Origin: Prorocentrum cordatum
Lineage: Eukaryota
DNA length: 64,000 nt
Assembly: GCA_963575745.1 (NCBI GenBank)
Contig: CAUYUJ010000065.1
Span: 1-64,000 of the forward strand
Direction: 5' to 3'
The notes beneath the pieces were generated by a model. The model had not been told where the DNA came from, ran no database searches, and saw only the letters and a program-made list of their open reading frames with translations. A program made the translations under genes and the position numbers. This document shows, one piece after another, positions 26,021 to 38,499 of this stretch. The first letter of the stretch is position 1. Each line of letters begins with the position of its first letter.

Positions 26021-27037
26021 CTTTCTCCAGTCTCGGCTCCAGGGGCCCGCGCGCCTCTGCGGGCCACGGCGCCTGGCCCTCCTTCAATTCGCTGGCCTGG
26101 GGAGACCCGCCGGCCGCCTCGATCCGCGGCCCACCGACAAGGCAACCCTCCCTCCCCGGGCTTCCCTCTCCTCGAAGAAGGACAGAAACGCCACCCCTCG
26201 CGCCTCTGCGAGCCACGGAGCCTGGCCCTCCTTCAATTAGCTGGCCTGGCGAGACCCGACGGCCGCTTCGATCCGCGGCCCACCGACAAGGTAACCCTCC
26301 CTCCCCGGGCTTCCCTCTCCTCGAAGAAGAAGAAGAACAGAAGCGCCACAAACGTAAACTTTTGGCCCTCCGCGCGGATTCCTCGGATCCGCGCTGGGCT
26401 CCCCCGGCGGCGCCGCAGGCGCCGACCCCTGGTGCGCTCCGCGCGCCAGGGATGGGGGGTCCGGCGCAGATCCAGGAGATCCGCGCGGAGCGCCAAAAGT
26501 TGATGTCTGTGCCGTTTTTTCTTCTTCTGCTCCCCCGCGGCCGCGCAGCCCACGGCAGGCCGCCGTGCCCCGCGCGCTGCTCCGTCGGCACCCCAGAGAG
26601 GAGCGTGCACCCCGCCGCCCACCCGGCAAATGCGGACTCGCGCTGGCAGGGGCACGGAGGGACGCGGGAGCTGACTGTGTCACTCCCGCGTTCGATCAGC
26701 TCTCTTCGGCCGCCTCTCATGATGTCGACCGCGTCTGCCACGAGCACGCCCACCAGCCCATCGAGCTCCGCAGTGCTTGCAAACGGGCTTCGCGGCCAAC
26801 ATGAGATCAGCTGGACGCTTGCCCATCACGACGCCAAGGGCCAACCACGCCGTGCAGATGAGACCAAGGGTCCACACCGCCGCCCCGACTCCCCCAAGGA
26901 GTCCAACCCTCTACTGATGAGCTTCGATGCGGCATACTGGTCCGCCCCAGTCGTGGTTGAACTAACACGGCCCCCCAGCGGCGACCCGCTCAACAGCAGT
27001 AGTTCTTTTTTAATGGCCACGAGGGGGTAAGGTAAGG

Positions 27038-27091
27038 CCGACCAATACTTACGCAGGACGAAAGATTTTCCTCTTGAGGTCGAAGAGGACC
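27038..27091. repeat. 54-bp direct repeat, copy at the LINE 3' end
   Basis: ccgaccaatacttacgcaggacgaaagattttcctcttgaggtcgaagaggacc; one mismatch to 32577-32630. Confidence 0.95.
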
Positions 27092-29149
27092 GCTGTTTCC
27101 GCTGTTTGCCGCGCCATGAAGGTCTGTGCCTTGCAGCGCCACTCGGCGGCCGAAGCCGCCGCCAGAGGAGGGGGGAGGAAGGCCCGTCCCGCCCAGGCGC
27201 GCGGGGCGGCGGAGGAGCGGGGGCCAGGCCTGGCGACTCTACGAGCAGAGGCGCCAGAGGACCCCGCCAGGAGGAGCAGAGGAGAGCCTGCCTGGGCCAG
27301 GGGAGGAGAGGGGCGGGGTCCAAGGGCCAAGGCGGCAGTCCGAGGGCCTCCGAGAGAAGGGGGGAAAGGGCCTCACGGGGAAAGGGAAGGGGAGAAGCCT
27401 CGGACTGCCTCAAGATGCCGAATTGGGATGTGGCCCGTCGCGCTGCCGCCCAGGATATCCGCCCAAGTCCAGCAGCTTATCCTTACCTGGGCGGCAGCGC
27501 ACAGGCGCTGGGACCAGGTGGGCAGAAGGCCCACCTGGTGTGCCTCCCCCTAACCCCTCCAGAGCCAGAAGGCCAACGACAATGAATCCCCGGGCAAGGC
27601 CCTGAATAAGGGAGAAAGAAGGGGGTTAAGGGGGAGGCACCAAATTTCGGTCCCTAGGGACCCCTATGTCGCGGCCCCCTCAGGCGCCGTCGGCCGCGAG
27701 CTCGCCGAGCCTCGAGAGCCGCGCCCTCTCCGAACTCGCTGTGCTGGTGGTCCTGCACTGGTCCTTGTCGAGGACGGTCTTGTCGGCCCACTCCCTCGCC
27801 TCGTCAGCGAAGTCGGGGCACTCCTCCGCCTCGATGGACCACTCGGTAGTCCACGATCTTGAGGTACCGCCTGATTGTATTGTCCTCGATCTCGTGGTAC
27901 TCGACTCAGTCGTGCTGGTCGAGGTAGCTTTGGTTGACTCTGCAGTGCCCAACCTTGTGGCCCCCGGCTCAGTCACCGTCGTGCTGGTCGAAGTGGTAGT
28001 GCTTGACTCGGTGATGCTCGAACCTTCTCCATTCAACTCGGTAGTGCTGATTAAGTGGTACGTTTGACTCCGTGATGGTGAGCTCTTGGTACTGGGCTCG
28101 GTCGCGCTGGTCGAGTGGTACTGCATGGCTGCGAGGAGCTCGAACTCATAGTGCTCGACTCAGCCGCTGAGGTACTTGTCGTGCTGGTTGCGGGTCGTTG
28201 GGAGGTCGGCTTGTTGTTGGTGATGTGGAATAGGTTGTGGGCACACTCAGGGCCTCCATGCACCGACTTCAAGTGGGGTTCTTGGCGGCCCCACCTCGTC
28301 CCGCTATGGCTAGGGGTCACGGTGCCCTCGGTGGGGGCGAACCCCAGGCCCAGTGATTCTTCTGTTGTCGATGAGGAATGTCTCGGCTGCCCTATGCTTC
28401 GCCCATTGGGCGCTCGGGAGCTCCTTCTCCGCCGTGGGAATGGTGGCGGTGGCGAGCTAGGGCGGACCGCGGGGGCGCGGGTAGTTGCGTCCTACCCCCC
28501 CCCTGCCCCTCACCATCCCCCCTGGTGGGCGCGGGCAGTACTCGTCCTGCCCCCCCCACCCTTCGAGCCCGTCTCGAAGTTTGATCCTTGCCTCACCAGG
28601 GCAGCGTTGACTTGTGCGTGGTGTAGTGGGCATGACGTCTGGCTGGAACCTCTGAGCCCTGGCTGTGCTGCTGCTATGTGCATCACTGCCGCAAAACGTG
28701 GCGACTTGTGCCTGGGGTGTTCCCACGCATTCGGGGCTTCCCCAGGACTTGCGTCCTGACAACTCGTGCAAAACTTGGCGACGTTGCCTGAGGTGTTCCC
28801 TCGCATTCGGGGCTTCCTCAGGACTTGCGTCCTAACTATTTTGTACTTGTCGTCGGAGCTCTTCGCCGCGTTCATCATCATCATCAAACTGTGCTCGATC
28901 AGCACTCGTCGAGTTGGTGGTCCTGCCCATAGCCTTGTCGGGTCGGTCCTGCAGGGCCCACTCCCTCGCCTCCTCCAACCAGGTCGGGGCGCTGCCTCGC
29001 CTCGCTGGGCCTCGGTGGTAGTCCTGGCCCATCTCCCTGGTCTTGTAGTGGTCGAGCGGCTGGAGAAAGTGGGCCACGTCGTCGTCGATGTGCCATCCGT
29101 TGTCATCGCTAGGCGTCTCGCCGAAGCGCCGCCTTATCTGCTTCATCAG

Positions 29150-29900
29150 CGCCGTCGCGATGGCCTGGCACAGCCTGTTCGGATGCTCCTTGGCCGCCGT
29201 GGCGCGCCACTGGCCGTCGCCGTTGATGCCCGCCAGCTCAGCGTGGTAGTTGGCCGTGTGGAAGCACCTCCCGCCTCCAGGCAGCCTACTTATCTCCGAT
29301 CGGAGAGTCGGGGGGGATACCGCCAGCAGGCTTGTGGACTTCCTCGAACGCGCCCCGCAGGTGCACTGGTCGAAGGTGATCAGCTCGACTCCCTGCTGGC
29401 CAAGGAGGTGGCGCGTCTCGGGGGGCCTCCAGGAGCTGGCGAAGTGCTCCTCGGTGGGCTCGCACGGGTGCTCGAGCATGCCTGGGACGCCAAGGTTGAG
29501 GCACATGTACAGGAGCTCCAGCTGTGTCCTGTAAAGGCGATTGCCTGTCGCTACTTGTTCCATCTCTGGCCGGGAGGGGTAGCGGAGGCCCCACAAGCTG
29601 TTGTTGCTCCTCAGGGGTCTTGGTGGTCGACCCCTGCAGGCGTTGGGGGCAGGTGACGCGCCCGGCTCCAAGTCTCGCACGGTGGTCCGCCGATGACTCC
29701 TGCCAGCCTTCCTGCCTGTGCCATGCTGCTCCACTTGTTGACTGCAACTTCTGATGTAAGGTCGCCGAAGGTCGGGTCGTTGGCCACGTCCAGGCTGAGC
29801 ATGTGTACGTCGCATGAGGCTCGACTGCTTACGCGGTCGAACCAATCCTGAACGTCTCCCTCTCGGCGTCGACCGCTGAACATATGCAGCACGTATAGTG
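29150..29900 (-). pseudogene. C5 cytosine methyltransferase-like domain (frameshifted)
   Basis: Motif I VLHMFSG, II LSLDV, III GDLT, IV GGPPCETWS (catalytic PC intact), VI LEHP, VIII FDQC..GA..RKSTSLL, X AKEHPNRLCQAIA, spread over ORFs 29611..30060 and 28832..30229. Confidence 0.85.
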
Positions 29901-30169
29901 TCCGAGCTGGCCTGGGCCTGGGTAGCTGGCGGCGGCGGCGGTTCCTCGATGAAGGGGAGCTCGAGGTCCTGGTAGTGGCCGCTGTTGCTGTCGTCGCTAT
30001 CCTCGTCCGTGTGTATCTCTGGCGGACGAGCAGGGACTGCAGGCTTCTCTGCCCAGTCAATGGGCCTGCCAGCCCTTCTATTCGCCTGCTGTTGGTCCCT
30101 CACCACTTGCTGGTTGTGCTGCAGCTCGGATTTGCTGAGAAGCGCTGGACGTGTCCTTCGCCAGTGTCG

Positions 30170-30352
30170 AGCGCACCTGCGCACACGCAGCAAGTGCTTG
30201 ACCAGTCTGTTCGTGGTGTGGTAGTCCATGCCGCATCCGTAGCAGACCGAGCCCGTTGCCCACGAGATGGGATGCCCCGACGAGGTGTGTTCCTTGGTGA
30301 TGTGGGCTCGTAATACTGCTGCACTGAGCTCTGTACGTCCGCAGTGATAGCA
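30170..30352 (-). other. Two C2H2-type zinc fingers in LINE ORF2
   Basis: CYHCGRTELSAAVLRAHITKEH and CYGCGMDYHTTNRLVKHL read in the frame of ORF 28832..30229. Confidence 0.8.
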
Positions 30353-30575
30353 GAGGTACTTTCGCTGCTGCTCGAATTGCTGGTCTGGGAAGGGCGAGAT
30401 GGCTTCCGAGTTGGTCCAACGCTGGAGTCGTAGCCGCCATCGAGCGTGGTGGTCGCGATCGTACTGGCGGGCTTTGCCATGTTGGCAAGCTTTCTTGACG
30501 ACGCTAAGGTAGCTTTTGTAGTCGTTCCTGGCCCAGTCCTTCCAGTCGTCGAGTGTGTATGCTCCACCACGCTCG

Positions 30576-32576
30576 TCAGGTCCTGTGTGGTCGGACCCAG
30601 TCTAGATCGCGGCGGAGTAATGCTACCCATCCATAACTCCCGTCCCATGCTTGGCTGAGTAATCGGCGGAGGTGTAAGGGCCCCCAGTTGAGGCATCTAC
30701 CGAATAGCCGAAGTCTCTCGAGGCGTAGGACGATCCCGGGGGGCTGCTTGTCGACTCCTTCAAGGATCTGGGTGTTCGTGACCTCCTTCTTCTGTCGCAC
30801 TTTCCATGTAATCCTCTGTGCGGCAGCGTAGTTCACGACGTACTGGTTGTTGAAGTTCCTGGCCTGGCCTGCTGTGAGTTCGGGCCAGGTGGGCGCGTTG
30901 TATAGCAGATGGGATAACACCACACTGTCGGCTAGGTAGGGCTTGTCTTTGACGGCCAGCTCTGAGCGGCCATGGACTTCACGATGGAGAGGCCGCGTGG
31001 ATGTCGCAGCGGTAGCCACTTTCACTGCGACGTCCACCCCAGGAGATGCGTTGTCGGCTACGTAGGTCCCGAGGAGCTTGTGGTGGCGGACTACCTCGAC
31101 GTAGCTCTCCGCGAGGGGGACCTCGATCCTCGGCACTCCATTGGAATAGAAGTTGGCCCGAGCTTGCCGGCTTCCAGGCCCACTGAAGTCGATCATCACC
31201 TTGGTCTTGGTGAGCTGCAGCTGGAGGCCGAAGGTGCTGGTGGCGCAGTAGACGGCCTCGCAGAACCCAGTGGCCTCGGTCTGAATGTGGTCGGGGCTGG
31301 TGAACACGTGCATGCCCGTCAGGTCATCGACGAACGATAGGCCGTGGGGTTCGTGCTCCTGGAGTGGTCCTTCTGTTGGGTCGGTGGCGCATGCGAAGCT
31401 GCTCTCCAGAGGTATGCCCTGGGCCCTGAGCCCTCGCTGTGCCAGGTAGCTGTCGATCATGCGGTGGACTCGGCCGAAGAGCAGATTGAAGTCCGCGTCG
31501 GCGAGGGGCACGCCAGGCCTCGTTCCCTTGTGAGGCGCCATGAAGCTCTGTGAGAACCTGTGCGATGTCCACCTGTTGCGATACCCTTCGGCGATGAGGG
31601 CAGCCAGGTGGGGGCCGTCCAGCACTGTGTCGAGAATCCCTGGGTTGGCCATGAGGTGCTCCAGCTGCGGCTGGGCCCATAGGGGAACTTCTAGGTTGTC
31701 TAGCACCTCCCTGACTTCGTCCTCTTCGCCTGGGATGCCGTGTGCCAGCTGGGCGACAACCGAGTAGAAAGCCTGCTTTAAGTCATAGCAGCTGATCATG
31801 GAACACTTCCCTTGGGCCTGGCTTCTCTCGGTGAAGAGGCGCGCTGCTAGTACTGCCATGTCAGCCCCTCGCTTTGGCTGGCCGCCAACCTGGATGTCCT
31901 CCAGCGCTATGGCGAGGGTGGTGTTGAGCATGGCCCTCAGGTATTTATGGTGGTGCTTGCCCAGGACGTTGTTTAAGAGGATCTCGCGATAGGCTAGGAG
32001 GTATCGGGGGTCGCCCTTGCCTTTGGGGATGGCGACCAGATCCCCGCCCTTGAAGCTCAGCGGCTACCGCACCGTGGTCGCCACCTTGGTGAAGAGGGGG
32101 TGCAGTAGCGTGGCTGCCTCTGCAGGAGCCGCCCTGAGAGCGGCGTTCGTGAGCCCGTCAGGGCCTTCTTGCGTCCCAGCCTTGGCCGCGGCGAACTGGG
32201 CCTGGCAGACGTACAGGGGCATCACCATGGAGAGATCCAGCGTTCCGTCGAAGGGCCTGGTCTTGCTGTCCTGGTTGTACTTATGGGCAAGGTCGTCCGC
32301 TGACACGATCTTGCCTGCCTGTATCTTGGCGAAATGGTTGAGCTCCTGGTCCGCCATGTCCTGGGAGTTGTGGACCACCTCCCCATCCTTGTCGAGCCTC
32401 ATCGGCTTTCCTGTTGGAAACCGCGCCTTCCTCCCGCCGTACCTTAATAGGTCGCGGTAGGCCTTCCACTGGGCCGCCGCGTCGTTCGCCGCAGAGGCGG
32501 AGGACGCAGTTAAGGCTAGCCGGCTGAGGAAGGCGCTACGGTCCTTCTCGACGGCCGCGGCAATGATCAGCCCAGC
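30576..32576 (-). pseudogene. LINE-type reverse transcriptase domain
   Basis: Motifs AGTQEGPDGL, KGGDLVAIPKGKG..YREILL, YDLKQAFYSV, GTRPGVPLAD..FNL, SFVDDL, KTKVM, KLLGTY; in-frame stop at ~32064 and frameshift at ~30580. Confidence 0.92.
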
Positions 32577-32630
32577 CCGACCAATACTTACGCAGGACGA
32601 AAGATTTTCCTCTTGAGGTCCAAGAGGACC
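32577..32630. repeat. 54-bp direct repeat, copy at the LINE 5' truncation point
   Basis: Same sequence as 27038-27091 with one substitution in the hairpin loop. Confidence 0.95.
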
Positions 32631-33781
32631 ACCCCGTCCCCCGTAGAATCTGAACACGGGGGGGCCTGCGGTCGACGGACCCACCCCACTTTTGTCGGCT
32701 CCCGGAACGAATTGAACATTATAAATTTAACGGGGTAGAAATGGGATCCGGCGTTGAAAAATAGGGTCCGACGTGGATCCCGAAAATCAGAAATGGGATC
32801 CGCGCGCGCGAAAATTGGATCCGCTGCGATTTCACGATTACGGTGAGGTTGGAGATCGGATCCGTGCAACCTTCATTGGGTTCGCCGCCGCCGCTATGAT
32901 TTCCCAGGGGCCCCGTGCACCGCGTAGGACCGTGAGGTTCAGCGCCAAGAGGAAAAAACTTTCGGCCTGGGGATGTAGCTCTTGCGGCTTCGGGCCCCGG
33001 GAACTCTCGTTGGCCATGGACCGAGCTGGCCCTCCCCGCGCTGCGACGCAGCCCTGCGGCTGCCAAGGCCCCGCGCTGCGCACGTGGCCGGGACGGCCTG
33101 CCCATTCGGCACCACGAGAGGTCGCGTGCCGCTGGAGCACCGCGCAGGCCACGCTCGACGCTCCTCCTCCCCCTCCTCCTCCTCCTCCTCCTCCTCCTCC
33201 TCCTCCTCCTCCTCCTCCTCCCTCCTCCTCCTCCTCCTCCTCCCTCCTCCTCCTCCTCCTCCTCCTCCCACCTCCTCCCTCCTCCTCCTCCTCCTCCTCC
33301 CTCCTCCCTCTCTCCTCCTCCTCCTCCTCCTCCTCCTCCTCCTCCTCCTTCTCCTCCTCCTCCTCCTCCTCCTCCTCCTCCCCTCCTCCTCCTCCTCCTC
33401 CTCCTCCTCCTCCTCCTCCTGCTCCTCCTCTCCTCCTCCTCCTCCTCCTCCTCCTCCTCTCCTCCTCCTCCTCCTCCTCCTCCTCCTCCTCCTCCTCCTC
33501 CTCCTCCTCCTCCTCCTCCTCTCCTCCTCCTCCTCCTCCTCTCTCCTCCTCCTCCTCCTCCTCCTCTCCTCCTCCTCCTCCTCCTCCTCCTCCTCCTCCT
33601 CCTCCTCCTCCTCCTCTCCTCCTCCTCCTCCTCCTCTCCTCCTCTCCCTCCTCCTCCTCCTCCTCCTCCTCCTCCTCCTCCTCCTCCTCCTCCTCCTCCT
33701 CCTCCTCCTCCTCCTCCTCCTCCTCCTCCTCCTCCTCCTCCTCCTCCTCCTCCTCCTCCTCCTCCTCCTCCTCCTCCTCCC

Positions 33782-34650
33782 CCCACTGCCACCTTGATCG
33801 GAGTCACGATCCACGGGACGGAGGCCACCGCTGCCCTCACCACGCTCCAAGAGTTGTTCACCGAGCAATTCTGGCGCAGCTCCAGTCAAGCGGGCTCGCA
33901 AGGAGCCCCGGTGGGGGTGGGAAGGCGCCGCCCAGCAGGCTGCTTTGCAAGAGTCACAAGGCCAAGCCCAGCAACGAGGCCAAACACATGAGCTGGACCA
34001 GGACCTGTGTGACGTGCTCTTTCAAAACCGCTCCACCACCGTGCCGGTCCGAGAGCGACCTACCCAGCTGGGACGCGACGGCTCGGCTGCAGGTAGGCGG
34101 AACTCAAGGCGGTCTTGAGCCTTTCACCAGCCGGAGTCACCAACGTCTTCACAGTAATTATCGGGCACTGGCGGGATAATCTACGACTTCAGCCACCGAG
34201 TTACCTCCCAACTCACCGACACGGTCACCTCATCATACGTGAACATTTGGTGCGAGCCGGACATCACGATGGAGGGCTCATTGGCCGTCTCCACCAAGCA
34301 TGGCGCCTGCGGTGTCGTCAGAGGCGACTGCGAATCCTGCGAGCGGGGGCGGTCGCCAAGACAATTACCATCGAGTTCCGCGGTGCCGAAGCCGCAGTGG
34401 CCAGGGCCAACTACCGCATCACTGGCCTTCAGCCCCAGTGTGCCACCAAGGCGCAGGTCACCCATGTCCTGAAGGTGCTCAACTGGCCCTCCGAGTGCTT
34501 GCCGAACCACCCGACGCTACTGTCAAGGTCGTCCGACGCCCGATCAGAATCGGCCGGACGAGTGCCCCACCAGCGCCTGACGTCCAGGCCAGCGGGAGGC
34601 TGCGCAGATGATCAGCCAGCGCTCGTGCACCCGCTCGCTCACGCGCCTAT
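33782..34650 (+). pseudogene. Possible decayed retroelement ORF1/gag-like fragment
   Basis: Protein-like, frameshifted text (HGACGVVRG; YRITGLQPQCATKAQVTHVLKVLNWP) between microsatellites; no diagnostic motif. Confidence 0.35.
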
Positions 34651-35569
34651 TCTGTGTCTAGGTGTCTGTCACTCCGTGTCGCTCTCTCTCTATCTCTCTT
34701 TCTCTCTCTCTCTCTATCTTTTTCTGGTTTCATATTTTCCTTTCCCTTATCACCTCTCCGATGCCCTGCAATATTCGAATGGCTTACTACGCCATTCCCA
34801 TCGACCCTGAGCGGAGTAGAGACGTCCAAAACGTTCGGTCGGATATGTTGGAGCTGGAATGGTTGGGTGCTTTTGTTCACGCCTGCGAGGGTGGAGGAGG
34901 AGGAGGAGGAGAAGGAGGAGGAGGAGGAGGAGGAGAAGGAGGGGGAGATGGAGGAGGAGGAGGAGGAGGAGGAGGAGGAGGAGGAGGAGGAGGAGGAGGA
35001 GGAGGAGGAGGAGGAGGTGGGCAGGAGGAGGGCGGAGGGATGAATGACGGAATTTAGATTTTCTATATGTGCTTGTATGTGATTTAGCCCCGGAAGGTTT
35101 CTCCACCTTTGGGCCTGTGGATGTGGCGTGTCTTTGGTGGGGGGCGTTGGGGTGGGTTATAATACAATTCAGAATCAGACAATATCATGTGACATGTAGC
35201 TATTATGCAGTAGTTGGATGTGCGAGATACGCTGCATTCGGGCTTCCGCTCCGCTCCGCGACCTGCCTCCGGCAACACGTTCCTCCTGGACGTGGATTCC
35301 TTTCGCTTCGCGGGGTGCACGTCCAGAGCACGTAAAGACTGGGCGTTGGGTGGCTTGCCCTGCTCGTCTGCCGCGAAGTTGTGCCCTGTCGTTCTGCCCG
35401 CCCCGGGGCGCTGCCAGTGCCACGCGGGGCGGATGCGCCCCGCCCCGTTTCAACGCCGGGACGATCGTGCGAATGTCCACGAGGGCAGCGGGCACTCACC
35501 GCGTGGCAGCACAGGGCAACGCCAAGTTCAAACTCCGATGAGCAGAGCAACAGTGCGCCATTCGTATAC

Positions 35570-36735
35570 AGGTCGGCGGGCCCCTTGGTGGTGTCTTGGG
35601 GCCGTTCGGGGACTTCTTGGGGGCCTCCTGGAGGCTTCTTGGCGGCCCTTTGTGCTTCTTGGTGGCCTCTCGGGGCCTCTTGGGGCGCTCTAACGCCGTC
35701 TGGCCCCTTCGGAGGCCAGCTTGGGACCCCCCTCGCGGGGGGTCCTCTGGGAGCACTCGGGTGGCATCTTGGAGGCTCCGAGGGCCGTCCCGAAGCCATC
35801 TTAGGGGGACTGGGCGCCATTCGGGATCGTCGAGGAACCCCTAAGAGCGATGTCGAAGCCACGCAGGCGTCCAGGAGCATCTTCGAGGCGGTTGAGGCCG
35901 CCATCCCTTGACGCCCCCCCCCTTTCCAAACCGAGTGGACGGACCCCCCCAGGGAAGGGTGTGGGGAACGGCAACAGTCTCACACGCCGTAAACCCTGGG
36001 AGGTCGGCGGACTTTCAAGGGCCTCTTAGATGTTTTTTGGCGGCATCTACTTGGCTTTTTGAAGCCTCTTGGGGGCCTTTCAGAGGCCTCTTGGATGTCT
36101 CTTTGGGGCCGCTTGGTGCCGCCTCGGGGGTCCCTGGGGGTCGGGGCCACGACGGAGGGAAAGGCTCGAAATGTTAGTTCGTATTGCTCCTCTTTGTTTT
36201 TTTCGGGGGCCCTCAATCTTAGGCCCCTGGGGCCCTTTTGGGGCCCTCTTGGGCCTTCTCGGTGCTGTATTAGGTCGTCTTCGGGTCCTCTTGGGGGCCT
36301 CATGGGCTGGGACGATCATCGGGGCGCCTTGGGGCCGTCTTGGATGCTGTCCCGAAACATGGCGGGTATGTAGAACATGATTTTTCCAAGGGATTGGGGC
36401 GATTCTTGCGTCTTTTCGCCCTCGCTGTGGGAGCACTCTTGGGCCGTCCTGGGGGCTTCGTGGGCTGTCTTGAAGCCACCTTGGACCGTCGCGGGGTTAC
36501 CCTGGTCCTTTTCGACTCTCTCTTGGATTGTCTCGGCGCTTTGTTTGGGTCCTCTTGGGCCGTGTTGGGGCTCTCTGGGGGCTCCAGAGAGCCACCAGGG
36601 TGCGTTGGTAAGCTCTGCCCCCCACCCCATGCTAGAACGGGATTTTGGACCCCTGGGGAAGGGACAGCAGGGCGGGGACAGCCAAATGTCTCACACGCCT
36701 TTCAACCCCCCACAGCAGGCGGGGATCGGCGGATT
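35570..36735 (+). repeat. Decayed copies of the decamer element family
   Basis: Decamer repeats; termini ...ggtcggcggac (36002) and ...gatcggcggat (36724). Confidence 0.7.
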
Positions 36736-38422
36736 TCTCCTTGTCTCGTTCGTGTGCGCCGCTCTTGGTCGTCCGTTCATTTCCGCAAGCCGAGGCTTCA
36801 GACTTCCGCCAGCTCCTGCTCTTTCTTGCTCCCGCTCGTCGTCATCACTCCTCCTCTCTCCTTCCCCCCGTCCCGCTGCTTGCTCACTCCCTTGGCGCCG
36901 TGGCAAAGACAATGCTGTCATGGCAGCTGAATCATGTTTTCAGTAAACACCCTTCCGATCCCGAGGCTGAGGAGGCCCGTGGAAAGCACGAATAATATGC
37001 TTGAGTGATTTGTGTCTTAGCCATGCACCTCCTCCCCCTCTTCGCCCCTCTGCGCTAACGCGTTGAAGTAGAACCTGCCAAGCCTGATCAGGCTCCTCTT
37101 TCAGACGTCCTGCAGCACACCTGGCGGCACATGGGAAACTTATGGAAGTATTTTCGTTGTCTTCGGGTCTTTAGGTCTGCTTGGCCTAAATGTCCTCCCA
37201 GGAGTGGTTGTTCAGGGGCCAGGGACCTGTCGCTCAAAGGAATTCCAATTCCGCATCACGTCTGCATCGCATTGACGGGTAGCGACGATAACGTCATGCT
37301 AAATTGCACCCGATGTGCGTGCTGCAGTTACCATGGTATGTTTGAAGACTTGATGGAACGATGCAGCGGAAGAGTTCCTAAATTCGTGAGTTGGGTCTGG
37401 AGTGTGGTCGCCAGAGGCAAGCACTCAACGCGGCCCGAGCTCAAGGTCTTTTGCACGCTCCAGTTGTCCGACCTCCTGCGGCCAACACATATGACGTCCA
37501 CAAGTCCTACGCCTCAGCTTCCGACCTGCCCGAGGAGGACAATGATCGTAGAATTCAGCTGCTTTGGCTTCTCTTCTACAGAAGCTCAGTTGAAGCTTGT
37601 GGCCATCTCCACGAGACTCGAAGAAGCCTAGGGGTCCCAGCCCCAGGAAGCAGTCCCGGAGTCGGGTGCCGACTGATCTCGCTTCGGGGCGGGCCACGGC
37701 GAGCCCAGCCTGCGCATTTTGCCTCCTCGACGGTTTGCTTACCCCCTCTCTGTGGAGCCAGCGCGCCTCCACTTCTTCGGGGAAGGGCGGCGCCGAGCCG
37801 CAGGCTCTCGTGCCGCCGCGCCTGCCTCCAGCCCTGCGCCGGCCAGGGCATGGAGGCCCTGGCCTCCCGGGAGCCGTCGGGAGCCCTGGGTGCAGCGCCG
37901 CACGCTTCGCTGACGAGGCGTTCGGCATTTCATTTCGGGTTCTTTGCGCGCCTCCGCGGCGCCCGCCCTTCTCCGGGGTCCTTTGTTCCCGAGTCCCTCC
38001 TCTCTTGTGTCTGGATGGGGTCTATCTTTTGTCCCGCGTGGGGAGGCCGTCCTCCCTGTGTACTGGGCGGGGGAGGCTTGGCCGCAGGCCCCTGTCTCCG
38101 CGCAGTTTGCCTGTCCCTGCTCACCTGCTCGGAGCAGGGGACATGGAAGGCCGAGCCGTCCTGGCCTCACGGTGTTGCCGCCCCTGTCCGTCGAAAGCGA
38201 CGGTTCGATTTCTTTGCGCGTACTGGCCGGAGCGCCTTGCAGCGAGATCTTCAGTGGAGGTGGAGGCGGGGAAAGAATCCTCCCTCATTCTCTGCTGTTC
38301 TCCTCGTCGTCTGTCGTGTTCCTTCTCGTTGCCGCTCCTGCTTCTTTTTACTCCCTCTCCGTGCTTCTCCTTGTCCCACTTCCTCCTCTTAGCGTTTGTA
38401 CCGCCTGCCGAGCTGCGAAGAG

Positions 38423-38499
38423 GTGTCGTGACACTGATCGACTACTTCACGCACTACGGGCCGAACGGCCAGCACGTGTGCATGATCTTCGAGACCATG
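38423..38499 (+). CDS. SRPK: SRPK exon G (GVVTLIDYFTHYGPNGQHVCMIFETM)
   Basis: gag|GT acceptor, GC donor at 38500; DxFxHxGPNGxHVCMxFE is SRPK subdomain IV-V. Confidence 0.95.

Larger units (their letters stand above)
27038..32630 (-). mobile_element. 5'-truncated non-LTR (LINE) retrotransposon carrying a C5 DNA methyltransferase domain
   Basis: Order on the minus strand: RT - two C2H2 fingers - DNMT - S/T-rich tail - 3' UTR; bounded by a 54-bp direct repeat; no endonuclease domain retained. Confidence 0.88.

Noticed and set aside
25503..27030. Long ORFs (416 and 504 aa) and similar poly-E/S/L/P ORFs at 20335-21488, 32719-34179 and 45424-48378
   Set aside because: Translations of microsatellites
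32584..32760. U1 snRNA-like gene (starts ATACTTAC, GCAGG/CCTGC helix)
   Set aside because: Lacks CTG after ATACTTAC, the GATCACGAAG and ATTGCAC loops and a properly placed Sm site; kept only as a structured repeat
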